From Octopus sinensis (Eukaryota), in contig NW_021834239.1 in the NCBI RefSeq assembly GCF_006345805.1, positions 1 to 64,000 on the forward strand: a DNA stretch of 64,000 bases. Direction: 5' to 3'. Shown here piece after piece: positions 51,754-64,000 of this stretch (the stretch's first letter is position 1; the number at the start of each line of letters is the position of its first letter). The notes under the pieces are model-generated. The model made no database searches. It saw only the letters and a program-made list of their open reading frames with translations, and was not told the origin of the DNA. The position numbers and the translations under genes were made by a program.

Positions 51754-53156
51754 CAGACAGACAGCAGACAAGTAAATAAAAAGTAAAGAAAGTAGCAAAA
51801 CCCTTGGCATATATTGTGACCACCGTAATTAAAGATGGGCGACAGTCTTCTAAATCGAGAATTTTGTGAGATAAGAATAGCATTCAACAAAAGAGAGCAG
51901 AAAGAGAGCAAAGGGAAAGCGTAAGATATGTTATATTAACAAAACGTTTAGCAGTTTTAGCAGGCTGGACAAAGTGCTTAGCTGTGTTTCGTCCGTCTTA
52001 ATGTTCTGAGTTCAAATACCACCGTATACGAATTCACCTTTCATCATCACGGGGTCGGTGAAATCAGAAGCAGTTCATTAGCGCAGGTGATGTGATTGAC
52101 TTCACCCCTCCCTTGAAACTGGCAATTTTTGAAAGTTATATTTCAGAAAAAAATAAAGGAAAACGTGAATGGCTTTAACTAATTTGCATAAATTATTCAA
52201 AAGATGAACAAAGGGAAGTAAGTCAGAGTAGCTGGTGGCTTGGTATTATACAACAGACGAATAAAGTTATATTGAGTAATAAAGTTGTATTGAGTAATCT
52301 GTGACATATGATATTCATTTAATCAACGGATTTTCGCTTGGAGAGAAGGTAAACAAATGCCTGCTAGCAAGTGCGACCGATGATCTATAAGTAAAAATAA
52401 CAAGAAGTATCAAGGATTGTCTGGGATTCATGTGGCATTAAAGAAAACAGACCGTTTCCCTTATTCTGGAGACGATCTGGCGCTGTTGACACACGCTCTT
52501 GTTTCATAGACCTCATTATATGCATAAAACAAAATTCCTTACACGTGGTTCCCACTATTGAAAAGACTGCCTCCACGCGCTGCTATTACACTTTCGTCCT
52601 TGCCAGCAAAAGGCTTCTTCGTTCGTCCCCTTGTGTGGTTGATTTCCTGTATAGTATTCTTGTTATTTTCTCGTTTTGTAACTAATTGTACTTTTTGTAC
52701 ATGTATTTTTATTTTTGCAGTTTTATTGTTTGTCTATGCCAGAAAAAAGGCTTTTTCGTTCGTCCTCTTGTGTTTGTTTTTGTACATGTATTTTAATTTT
52801 GCAGTCTTATTGTTACGTCTTGTTTGTGTTCGTACTCATTGTGCCCCGCTGCTTGAAATTTTATTTTAATTCTCTCGCAGGAAGGCCTATTGGATTAGTG
52901 TTCTGTTATGCCTTCGAAACATGCCTGACTCCTCTAGCGACAGCTGATGACGGGGGTTTTGTCCTTGTGTAGCTCGTCCTGTATTTGTTTTTCGTTTTCC
53001 GTTTTCTTGTTTTTTGTTTTTTGGCTTTTTCCGTTTCTACGTCTTATTGTGATGTCCTGTACTTCCGTATAATTATTTATATATGCATGTATATATACAT
53101 GTAGATGTAGGTACGTACATATATGTTTGTATGTATGCATATATTTTTATTTATCT

Positions 53157-53208
<52 letters not shown>

Positions 53209-54650
53209 GTGTGTGTGTGTGTGTCAGTATAAATATGTATATACACATATATATGTTTATGCATGTGTGTATATAATATATATATATATATATATGTAAT
53301 AAATTAGAGATAAAACCGCTATTATGCAACTCAAACAGTGATAGACATAAACCAACACATAAATAGAAAATATATATTTTTATAAAACATATAACTAGAT
53401 CTCAAAATGTATAAAAATGAATGACCAATATATATTAATAATTATAAATAATTTGATTTAATACTAAATTGAATTATTCCCTTTAAGTTTGGAATTATAT
53501 TATTATTATATATATACGTGTGTGTGTGTGTGTATGCATGAATATATGTATATGCATGTATATATATATATATGCGCTTGTGTATATCTCTGTATGTGTG
53601 TCTATTTATATCTCTGATTCTCTGTGTATTTATGTATTATCACCAAAGCGACGAGCGACACGCCGAGGGAACCGATGCTATTTACAAAGCCGTACATACG
53701 CATGCCATTCACCGATCGGCTCTCCTTTGACAGTCTTCGCCAAAGAATCATATTTTGTTTACAATACCATTAAGTTCCTCGCGTTTAGCATTGATTGTTT
53801 TCCATTGTTCCCAATCCCACATGAACACCTCATCTACAGCACAACATGTGATCCTCGTGGCTTATTGCACATTAATGATGCCGTAATGGGATTGTTGATC
53901 CTTTCGGATAAAACTTCCGTGGTGTCTAGGAATTAATATGAGATCTTCAAAGACCGTTGTAATTAATTTCAGTTTCATTGAAAACATTAAATATGAGCGG
54001 GAATGTATTGAACCGCATGTTACTGGGTTCAGTTCCACGGCATGGCACTTTGGGCAAGTGTCTTCTATTATAACTTCGCATCCACCAAAGCGCCTTCTGA
54101 GTGGATTTGGTAGACAAAAAGTGAAAGAGGCCCGTCCTATACATATTTATATATACAAAAGACAGGTTGTGTGTGTGTGTGTGTTAATCCGCGTAACTTC
54201 TGAAGTTCACAACTGAATTTTTCTCCAAACCGGGAAAATATATTATTTATGTTCCAGAGATGGATTTAGACTCTTAAAATATTTCACATAATGAGAAGCA
54301 AGCTCTCCGAGAGCATAAGATATCATTCGCTGGGTTACGTTGTGAAGGTAACTCTTAGCGAAGTAACTTTCAGAAATTTTTTTTAGACATAGATACTAAC
54401 TTAGATTTTTTATTTACATCTAATTATCAACATAAAAATGCCATTTTAGTTCATTGTATCTATTTCTTAAAATTTGCTAAGATATTGGTATCATTTAAAT
54501 TTATCTATAGACACTTCATTATTAACGCACAATTGTAATGTTTTATTATTTCTTACTTCTTGATATAATGTCTCCAAAGAGAAGATCCTCCATTGGTCAA
54601 AAAATTATCACAATATCAATATTTTTACAAATATATGTATATATATATAT

Positions 54651-54746
<96 letters not shown>

Positions 54747-54872
54747 TTCAGTAAAAATTTAGATTCGAATGAATATGGTACTTAATTTAGATGCACCAGA
54801 ATTTTGTATGGTGTTATCCATAAAAATTTGCGGGGTGATTATAATCAAAGTAAGCAACAAGAATGACTCCGG

Positions 54873-54965
54873 TAATTTGGTACAATTGTTTCGCACAACA
54901 TCATTTTATTAAAAGTTGAATATATTACAACAGATTTAAGATGCTGAGTGCTCATCAGCCAATTA
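54873..54965 (-). ncRNA. Type I hammerhead ribozyme candidate (left arm)
   Basis: CTGATGA 54958-54952, stem II GCAC/GTGC, GAAA, palindromic ACAATTGT, GUA site (cleavage after 54881), and stem I TTGG/CCAA. Confidence 0.75.
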
Positions 54966-55204
54966 AATAAGTTTTCCATTTATATAAAAGTTTTCAAATC
55001 AAGTAGCAACATTATAGAGAAGGTAGATATACAGACAAAGATGTGGATTTAAATTTTAAGAACATATAGCTTGGTCAGTCAGTGGCTGGACTTCACTACC
55101 TCATATGTTCTTAAAATTTAAATCCACATCTTTGTCTGTATATCTACCTTCTCCATAATGTTGCTACTTGATTTGAAAACTTTTATATTAATGGAAAACT
55201 TATT

Positions 55205-55297
55205 TAATTGGCTGATGAGCACTCAGCATCTTAAATCTGTTGTAATACTTTCAACTTTTAATAAAATGATGTTGTGCGAAACAATAGTACCAAATTA
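55205..55297 (+). ncRNA. Type I hammerhead ribozyme candidate (right arm)
   Basis: TAATTGG-CTGATGA(55212)-GCAC tc AGCATC..GATGTT GTGC-GAAA-C AATA GTA-CCAAATTA. GUA site at 55287-55289. Confidence 0.75.
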
Positions 55298-55322
55298 CCG
55301 GAGTCATCTGTTGCTTATTTGG

Positions 55323-55383
<61 letters not shown>

Positions 55384-55428
55384 TATATAGATAGATAGAT
55401 AGATAGATAGAGAGATAGATAGATAGAT

Positions 55429-55467
<39 letters not shown>

Positions 55468-55504
55468 CATGCATACATCCATACATGCATACAAACAAAC
55501 TTAC

Positions 55505-55535
<31 letters not shown>

Positions 55536-55600
55536 CATACAACATACATACATACATACATACATGCATGCATACATATTTATATATATACACACGAGAG

Positions 55601-55636
<36 letters not shown>

Positions 55637-56020
55637 GTGAGTTCGGTGTATGTCCTTGAGTCTGGAATTGTACTCCATCCCTGTATGACAATTGGTGTTG
55701 GGGTGTCAAAGTCCATGCCACTTTTATTTGCGCGTCTCATGCCCTGTACTAGGCTTCGAAGGTACAGATACTGGAGGTCGATTAATCCTGCTAAAAGTTC
55801 GTCTAGGCGGTGCCTCAGCAATGGCCACAGTCTAATGACTGAAACAAATAAAACATAAGATATATTGTGACTTTAAAACTGTATGTATCAATGATAAAAC
55901 TGCTAATCTCAACCTGGAAATCACTAAGTAAAATTATATTGACAGTCATAGGAAAAACAAACCGGCGTTACTAAACCAAACTTCACGTAAAATTACTCTT
56001 CTCCCTACAAATTTGTATCG

Positions 56021-56238
56021 GTTTCTTTATTACCCACAATATGGCTAAACATAGAAGGGACAAACAAGGAAAGACAAACGGATTGAATCGATTACATTGA
56101 CCCCAGTGCGTAACTGGTACTTAATTTATCGACTCCGAAAGGATGAATGACAAAGTCGACCTCGGCGGGATTTAAACTCAGAACCTAACGGCAGACGCAT
56201 TTCGACCGGCGTGCTAACGGTTCTGCCAGCTCGCCACC
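56021..56238 (-). mobile_element. Nin/Deu-domain SINE
   Basis: Reverse complement of the 13134 family. Degraded copies also at ~27590 and ~51950. Confidence 0.85.
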
Positions 56239-58656
56239 ATAACAAACTTTTATCGATTGATTATGGAACATGTTTTAGTGTTTGGAAAAAGCCAGTCTAT
56301 TAAATACAGGCTCCCAATATACTATACTTCGCTTATTGATTCCAATTTATATAAATCCCCCGAGTACACACACTTCTCAATAGCTCCAACTATTTCTTCA
56401 TCCCACTTACATGTACCAAAATAACATCGGTTTCTACACATACACGCAGGCACCACACTCTCTCGTGCACGCGTACACACTCACATACGCATTTATAAAC
56501 ACTCAGACGCACACACGGATTGATACGTACATAATAAATGTAGTTTAGTTACACGGATAAAAATAGATTATTCAATACGTACCACGTAGACTAAAATATA
56601 TTAATAAAGTGAGGCATTCCCCTACAAATATATATCATTACTTATTGTATGATGCCGAGTTCATTAATTAATAAATTATTTTGGCATGAACATCTGAGTA
56701 AAAATATACATTCTAAATATACATCATTCTAGTTAGAAACCTTTCATACATACATCATACATACATAAATACACACATACATACTTACATACATACCTAC
56801 ATACATACATACATATATACATACACGCATCCATACACACACACATACATACATACATGCATACATAAATACATACATACATACGTGTGTGTGTAACATT
56901 TTATAACTGATTTTTTTACTTGAAAATGGTCACGAAATCAGTTATTGTATGACATTGAATATTCTATATATGGCCGCAATGTCATGACTGAAATGTGTAA
57001 AACATTAAAGTGTGAGAGTGTGAGTGTGTGTGTTTGTAATAGAGGGTCAAGTTTTCAACAACAGAACAGGATACGCCAAACCCAAGAAGTGTGCGATCAA
57101 AGCGGAGAAGAATACTTAAAATGTAACCTTTGGTTCATCTGCTCCGCTGATGGAATGTACAATAAGAGCAACCGAGAATTACATTGCTTAAAGTTTGCTT
57201 CCTTTAGGGCGACACCAGGTTTTATGATCTGGGATACAATCGTGCATACCTGTTGGTACAGTTTGATCAGAAGATTCACGGGAGCAGATATTTGCAAGGA
57301 CGTTACTTTACCTGAACCTGCTAGTCGAGGACTCCATTGCCGCTTCATCACCACCACTGCCCTTCCTCACTTCTTATCAATCCATATCTTTATTTCTATA
57401 TGTATTTCTCTGTGTATTTCTCAGCCTCTAACTTCTTCTCTGTATTTGATTTTGTCAGAAAGAAACAGAGTGAAACCGAGGAAAATCCGAGGAAGAGATT
57501 GTAAACAGATTTTTGACATGAGATTAAGAAATTTAAGTTATTGTTTGCGTTTGTAGTTCTTTGTTATTTGTTCTCTCTGTTATCTTTCTGAATTACTTCG
57601 TCTTCCATGACAGAGAGATGGGTGCGATTCGGTGGAAATTTATCTACAATTCCTTAAAGCAAAGTTTTATTAGAAAGTTACCTATGAGATGATGAACACT
57701 GATTTGTGTTTTATGGTTTTCTTTTATAATGCTGGTAGAGACGCAAGACACCGCTCGGTAATATTTCTGTGTGTATGTGTATGTGAATGTACGAGATAAT
57801 GTGTCTATGTATGTTTGTGTCTCTGTATATCTGATCATTTCTTGACATTGACATTTTTACATATGTTTATAATGGCACATACACACGCACCTTCTCACGC
57901 TCAAACACGCACACACAAACACACATATACAGGCACGCGTGTGCAAATACTAACACAAGCCTATACACATCCACGCACCACATCGATGTTAATGAATATA
58001 TGAAAGCATATGTGTCTGCGTGTGACGACTGTAGCTGTCTTTCAGCCGAGATTTATTTTTTTATTGATTTGTGATCGAATCAGCTTTGGGGATTAACGTC
58101 ATATTTATCAGTCTGATAATCAGTCCGATTGTTTCCCTAGTGCATGTTAATACGACCTATATCTAAATTACGTCAGAACATGCTTGCATTTATTTATTTT
58201 AGATATGTATTGAGCAGATTCTAACGATCTCGCTTCTCTTTCGTAGTTCTGTTTTCTTAATAATCACTACGTAAGTACTTTCCCCCCTCTCTTCCGTGTA
58301 ACAAAATACTACTGGTTTATGTACTGCATTTCGGATCGCAAGTCCGTGGACTCCGTTCGAGGCCCGAATGAACTGTTGCATTCTTGATCAAAGCACTTCA
58401 TTGTACGTCGTGCCAGTCGGCACAATCGTAAAATCAGTTGCGTTTCACTGAACTGGAGTCGAGTTGAGTTGAAATGCTATAAATACAGTCATTTATGCCC
58501 CAGGGAGACCGGATAGACGGCCCTCTCAGTCCAATGACACGAGTCAGCAAATGCTCAGAGGCTGATTATGAGAAGGAAAATATGTTCAGTTATCCCTATG
58601 TCCAACGACTAATGTATTTTCATGGGCTAAATTCTGTCAGAAGTGATAATTACAAA

Positions 58657-59168
58657 AGGCGGCACGCTCGCAGAAACGTTTGCACGCCAGGCGAAATGCT
58701 TAGCGGTATTTCGTCTGCCGTTACGTTCTGAGTTCAAATTCCGCCGAGGTTGACTTTGCCTTTCATCCTTTCGGGGTCTATAAAATAAGTACCAGTTACG
58801 CACTGGGGTCGATATAATTGACTCAATCCGTTTGTCTGTCCTTGTTTGTCCCCTTTATGTTAAGCCCCTTGTGAGCAATAAAGATATGTGATGATTACTC
58901 ACACTATAATCCAGACATTTTTTTAAACTGTCACTCATAGAGTAATAATGTTGATATGTCGAGTAAAATACTGTTTTCAAATTTTGCACAAGGCCAGCAA
59001 TTTCGGGAGTCGAATCAAGCCTATAACATCAATCCCAGTGCTCAACTGGTACATATTTTATCGACACCAAAATGATGTAAGGTACAGTTGACCTCGGCGA
59101 GATTTGAACTCAGAACGAAATGCCGCTAAGCATTTTACCCGGCGTGTTAACAATGCTGCCAGCTCCCT
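58657..59168. mobile_element. Two Nin/Deu-domain SINEs tail-to-tail (58657-58885 plus, ~58975-59168 minus)
   Basis: Both match the 13134 family. Confidence 0.8.
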
Positions 59169-60052
59169 AGCTTAGCTATTGAGCAAAATATCAATATAAG
59201 AAAACGATATCGGATGAGCGATGCATACCCTGAGTGCAGATACATTTTTTCGCAAATTATAGTGTGGTTTACAATGCGTTGCTGAGCCATGCTTTTTAAC
59301 CGAACTGAATTTTTTGTCTTAAGTCTCACCATTGTAGGTATTCATAATTTCGAGCCACTCACCCTCTGAGGATTTTTACCAAATGTGGCGAAAATCCGTA
59401 CAACCGTTTTCTAGTAATTTTGCAAACACGCAGACAAGCAGACAAATACGAGTGTTTAAAATACCCAGCTTTCGCTTATGCGCACAGGGTAATAATAGAT
59501 ATCTAGTTAATTTTATTGAACTTTGGACATCAAAATCAATAACAAATTAGAAATTATATTTAAGCTAAGCATTTTATTCAAATAAGAGTCGTGTTCATAA
59601 TCATATTTCATTGTTATTCGAAATTCTTTAAATACAATTTTCTAAAGAACTCCTCGAGACAAAATGAAAATGCGTGGGGTCAATCTAATCGAGCGTCCAC
59701 TAGTCATTTCTTCTCAAGCAATTTATTGACTATTACAGTTTTCAGCACACACGTGTTTCTATCAATATTTATCCACCAAATCTGGTTCATTTTTATCGGA
59801 GAGGTTAAAACTGAAGCGAGCATTGTTATTATTCTCTCCCTATACAGAAGTTTAAAGCATCACAGTCTACCCGGATATTAAATTTAGTTTCTTCGCAGCT
59901 GTTTTTACAAAACGCCAAAGTACTTCGTCAAATTCAAAGAAGTTCTAAAACCGAGTTAAAATCGAAATCAACCAAACTTGTTTATCCAGAAATAGTTGAG
60001 ATGTCCAATTTACTCACATTTCAAGTCAGGTTAACGTTGCATACTTTCACTC

Positions 60053-60390
60053 TTTTACTTGTTTCAGTCATTTTGACTAAGGCCATGCTAGAGCACTGCC
60101 TTTAGTCGAGCAAATAGACCTCAGGACTTATCCTTTGTAAGCCTAGTACTTATTCTATCGGTCTTTTTTGCCGAACAGCTAGGTTACGGTGACGTAAACA
60201 CATCATCATCGGTTGTTAAGCAATGTTGGGGGACAAACTCAGACACACACACATAAATATATATACATATATATAAAGTAAGTACTAGGCTTACAAAGAA
60301 TAAGTCCTGGGGTCGATTCGCTCGGCTAAAGGCGGTGCTCCAGCATGGCCGCAGTCAAATGACTGAAACAAATAAAAGAATAAATAAAAA
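60053..60390. mobile_element. Two SINE 3' halves in inverted orientation
   Basis: 60053-60260 (minus) and 60277-60390 (plus) both match the 33700-33890 tail. Confidence 0.8.
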
Positions 60391-60439
60391 GAATCACGAA
60401 ATATAAACATAGATGTTTCCATTTTCTCTCGTCATCCAA

Positions 60440-60760
60440 ACAAACCTGAAATTGAATGTGGTAGAGTATTATAAGAAGACAAAAATATAATTGTTCCGTA
60501 TGAAGAAGTGTGTGATCAACCATTTCAGTAAGAAAAGTGTCGAGTATAGAACGTTTTGCAGGATTATTCAGAGAAGGAATGAGAGACGTGGCTGTTCCCA
60601 GTCGAATTTAGCAATGGAGGATTTCCTGCGCAGTCAGTGTTCAGATATCTTAGAGCCAAAGGAAAATCAAAAGAGAAAAAGACAACTAATCGCAGGATCT
60701 GACAAACAGTAAAACAGATTCTATTTCTGGTTATGAACAAGGAGAGATGAGATAAGCTGT
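60440..60760 (+). mobile_element. Decayed restriction-like endonuclease C-terminus of a HERO/NeSL-like non-LTR element
   Basis: One frame reads IVPYEEVCDQPFQ*EK..LQDYSEKE*ETWLFPVEFSNGGFPAQSVFRYL, resembling the TVPWEE..W.PVEVGCRGF motif. Confidence 0.55.
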
Positions 60761-61032
60761 AACAAGAGAGTATTAGTATTAGCGAGCTCAACAATTCCAG
60801 CAGGCTGAAGAGAGCGTATTACCTTGCAGAGTCAAAACAACCAGAAGTTTGTTCATATTATCCATTCGAGACTACATTCAACGAAGACGCAGGAAGGCAA
60901 TATCTGCGTCTTATGTGTGTATCTATCTAAGTATCAATCTATCTATCAATCTATCTATCTATCTACCTATGTATGTATGTATGTATGTATGTATCTATCT
61001 ATCTATCTATCCAGATAAATAGATTAGTAAAT

Positions 61033-61309
61033 AAGTTTCTTTATTGGCCACACAGGGCTGCACACAGATAGGACAAGTTACGAGGTAGAGCTTTTCTTTT
61101 GGGGGATGAAGAGAACAAAAAACAAAAGAAAAAAAGGGGGTGGCGTAGGTTTTCGATCAAGAGGGATCGTAAAAGGGAAGAAAAGAACAAAAACAAAAAA
61201 AATTAAAAAATAAAAAGAAGAAAAAGAAGAAAAAGAAGAAAAAAAAGAAAAGGAAAAGGAACAAAAGGAAAGAGAAATGAAGAAAGAAGAAAAAAGGGGG
61301 AAAAAAGGG

Positions 61310-61313
<4 letters not shown>
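61033..61313 (-). mobile_element. Short Tx1-related 3'-end copy next to GATA arrays
   Basis: Homologous to 20876-21056. (GATA)n follows at 61314-61510. Confidence 0.75.
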
Positions 61314-61386
<73 letters not shown>

Positions 61387-61445
61387 ATAGATAGACAGAT
61401 AGACAGACGGATAGATAGATAGATTAGTAAATAGATTGATAGATT

Positions 61446-61505
<60 letters not shown>

Positions 61506-61880
61506 GAGAGAGAGAGAGAAAGTGACAGAGAACGAGAGAGAGATGGATAGATAGGCGAATAAATTGAAAGATTGATAAATAGCTACATAGACACAAATAA
61601 ATAAGATCGATATAGGCATATTCGCCAATATATGCATATATGTGAACACCATGAAGAATACAGATTAGAGATGTATTATTACAGTAAGCTACTTACAAAT
61701 TTTTGTAAAATATTCTATGGATGATAGATTATCGTAGATTATAAATTCACTGACATGCTGACATACAATGTTATCTGAAATCTCGTTTATTATAACATGC
61801 AAGTCACGTTTTTTTTTTATCTATACCTAAGTGCATGTATGTGTGTTTGTGTGTATATATATACATACACACACACACAC

Positions 61881-61914
<34 letters not shown>

Positions 61915-61996
61915 CATATATGATGTAATATAAATATACTATATATATATATACATATATATAAAATATGATATAATACAATATATAATATATATG

Positions 61997-62027
<31 letters not shown>

Positions 62028-62117
62028 TATATATATAATCCTTTAAAATGTTTTAGCCCGAATGCCGCGGCCTTGCTGGGGCACCACACACACACACACA
62101 CACATATATATATCTTC

Positions 62118-62152
<35 letters not shown>

Positions 62153-62341
62153 GTGTGTGTGTGTGTGTGTACATAATTGAGTACATACTCACACATGCAT
62201 ACGGACGTGTATATGTACATATATGTACATATATGTATATATATATATATATATATACATATATATATGTGTGTGTGTGTGTGTGCGTATATATATAATA
62301 TGTGTGTGTGCACGAGTGTGTATAGTAAGTTAGATAGAAAA

Positions 62342-62400
<59 letters not shown>

Positions 62401-62629
62401 CTGCAGTATCGGGAGTGGCACATTGTTATTGACTCCGAAAGTACAAAAGGCTACGTTCACCTCGGAGCTATTTGAAGTGCAGAAGGCATGAACTTCTATA
62501 ATGAGTCATCGCCTTCGCCTTCTACGGGAACTTCGCTCGTTTGCCTTGTATAGATATACATACATGCATTCAACATGCTGTAGTAATAGGCAACATCCTT
62601 GTATGTATATATATATATGTGTGTGATTG

Positions 62630-62660
<31 letters not shown>

Positions 62661-63193
62661 TGTGTGTGGCGGTGTGGTGGTGTGCGAAATGAAGCTTTGT
62701 AAATCCGCCTGCAGCTGGCAGTTATTCTTAATCCTTTTCACAGCTGACGAAAATCGAATATTCTGGTGATTTAGTCTGTAGAATCGTCCTGAAAGCACAC
62801 TAATGTCTATTGTTCATTTATTTTTCTGTCTATGCCATAGGAGACACGTTTGTCCGACATATTTCTACGGCCTGCGTGACTTGTGCGTGTTTCAGTCTTA
62901 CCAGATGAAAACCGTCACTGCACCGATTAATTATGTCCGGTTTTCCAAAAAATACAAAAAGAGTATATTAAATAAATATATATAAAAAAAGAATACCTCA
63001 AAGCCGAGTTTCAGGATTAAGGCATTTGCTATTAGTTTACTAACAATGAAATGTATCGATCTAACAAAGTAATAGGTTTTCATGGAGATTGGCAGAGATT
63101 ACAGAATGACAGCAAGGACAATAGAGCACTGCCTTCGGAAATATTCCTTGATTAATATGTTTTAGAAATTGTAGAGAATGTGTGTTATAAACT

Positions 63194-63290
63194 GGAGCGA
63201 AAGTGAGCGAAAGCGAAAGTGAGCGAAAGTGAGCGAAAGCGAAAGTGAGCGAAAGTGAAAGTGAGCGAAAGTGAAAGTGAGCGAAAGCGA
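63194..63290. repeat. GAGC/GAAAGT/GAAAGC minisatellite grading into (GA)n
   Basis: Directly visible. Confidence 0.85.
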
Positions 63291-63297
63291 GAGAGAG

Positions 63298-63329
<32 letters not shown>

Positions 63330-64000
63330 CAGGAAGAGAGAGATTAAAAGGTGAGAAGGTGGGTGAGAAGAAAAGATTGAAAGAGACAGGAGGAAGAAGA
63401 AATCCATTGAGACAGAGAACCGAAGGAAAGAAGTGCTAATTGAAAGAAGGTTATTTGTTCAAACGACACTTGAATCTGGTTGTATGCGGAATAATTACGA
63501 GAGTGACCTGAACACAACTGGAGGCTTGATTCCTATATTACCAATGATGATTAAAAACATCACTATGTACTTTGATGCAGTACCATTATTCTCTTATTCT
63601 CTTATTCTCTTATTCTCTTGCCAATATAATATGATATCGCAGTTACAAATATTTGCTGGTTTATTTAGTTTTTGTGCACACAGTCACACACGTATAAACT
63701 CACACAAATACACACGCACATTTTATTGTATTGAACGCAATATTTTTCACAGGGGCAGAAATAAATTAATGGATTCGAATCAGTAGGTTGCCGAGACTGA
63801 ATGTATCAACGCCCCACGAGGGAAACATTTAAACGAAGTCAATCCTACATAGGAAAGAAAGAAAACACAGTTATTATGTAATCAAGTATTGTGTGATCTG
63901 TGTCATTCTTAAGGTCCAATTCTTGCAATATCATTCGTTTTGATTCTTTAACAGACGTTCGTTAATTAACTGTTGCACCACGTCAACTCAAAATCGATGA

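Larger units (their letters stand above)
54846..55322. repeat. Long inverted repeat (arms ~54846-55067 and 55103-55322, 35-bp spacer)
   Basis: Arms are ~220 bp with only a handful of differences. Each arm carries a hammerhead motif. Confidence 0.9.

Noticed and set aside
56945-57556. 203-aa plus-strand ORF
   Set aside because: It starts and ends in low-complexity sequence and has no recognisable domain. The central part only weakly recalls a decayed LINE C-terminus.
59220-59500. Possible HINE-like element with short subterminal inverted repeats
   Set aside because: The inverted match is only ~10 bp, there is no second copy in the window, and the boundaries are unclear.
1056-63407. Dozens of ORFs rich in I/Y, C/V, H/T, LSIY, poly-M/D/N/K/R
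   Set aside because: They are translations of di-, tri- and tetranucleotide microsatellites, with no domain content.
1-64000. CRISPR arrays, operons, rRNA or snRNA genes
   Set aside because: No repeat-spacer arrays or recognisable structural RNA genes were seen, and the sequence is eukaryotic repeat-rich DNA.

Overview
AT-rich, microsatellite-dense eukaryotic DNA that is intergenic or intronic. The SINE families and simple-repeat load suggest an octopus genome (inference). I cannot support any host protein-coding gene, and almost all ORF-track entries are simple-repeat or SINE artefacts. The window is a mosaic of retroelements. The main element is a full-length ~5.9 kb Tx1-clade (L1-group) LINE on the minus strand (14695-20577). 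Both its ends sit in (GATA)n/(CTAT)n arrays, as do two short related 3'-end copies, which suggests a GATA-microsatellite-targeting family. Its 3' end also matches the tail of the abundant Nin/Deu-domain SINE. There is an (AAT)n-associated R4/Dong-like element with a non-autonomous partner, and fragments of Penelope-like (PLE), RTE, CR1, HERO-like and mariner/Tc1 elements. Other features include a MITE, many tRNA-derived SINEs with swapped head/tail modules, and several fold-back palindromes. Several hammerhead ribozyme (HHR) motifs can be read directly from the sequence. One canonical motif lies at the 3' end of a PLE (49961-50050, minus) and a divergent pair lies inside a ~475 bp inverted repeat (54846-55322). 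Another lies in a short element whose second copy carries a tRNA-like Pol III head (31205-31248 and 5745-6026). All folds and homologies were read by eye; no database search was run.
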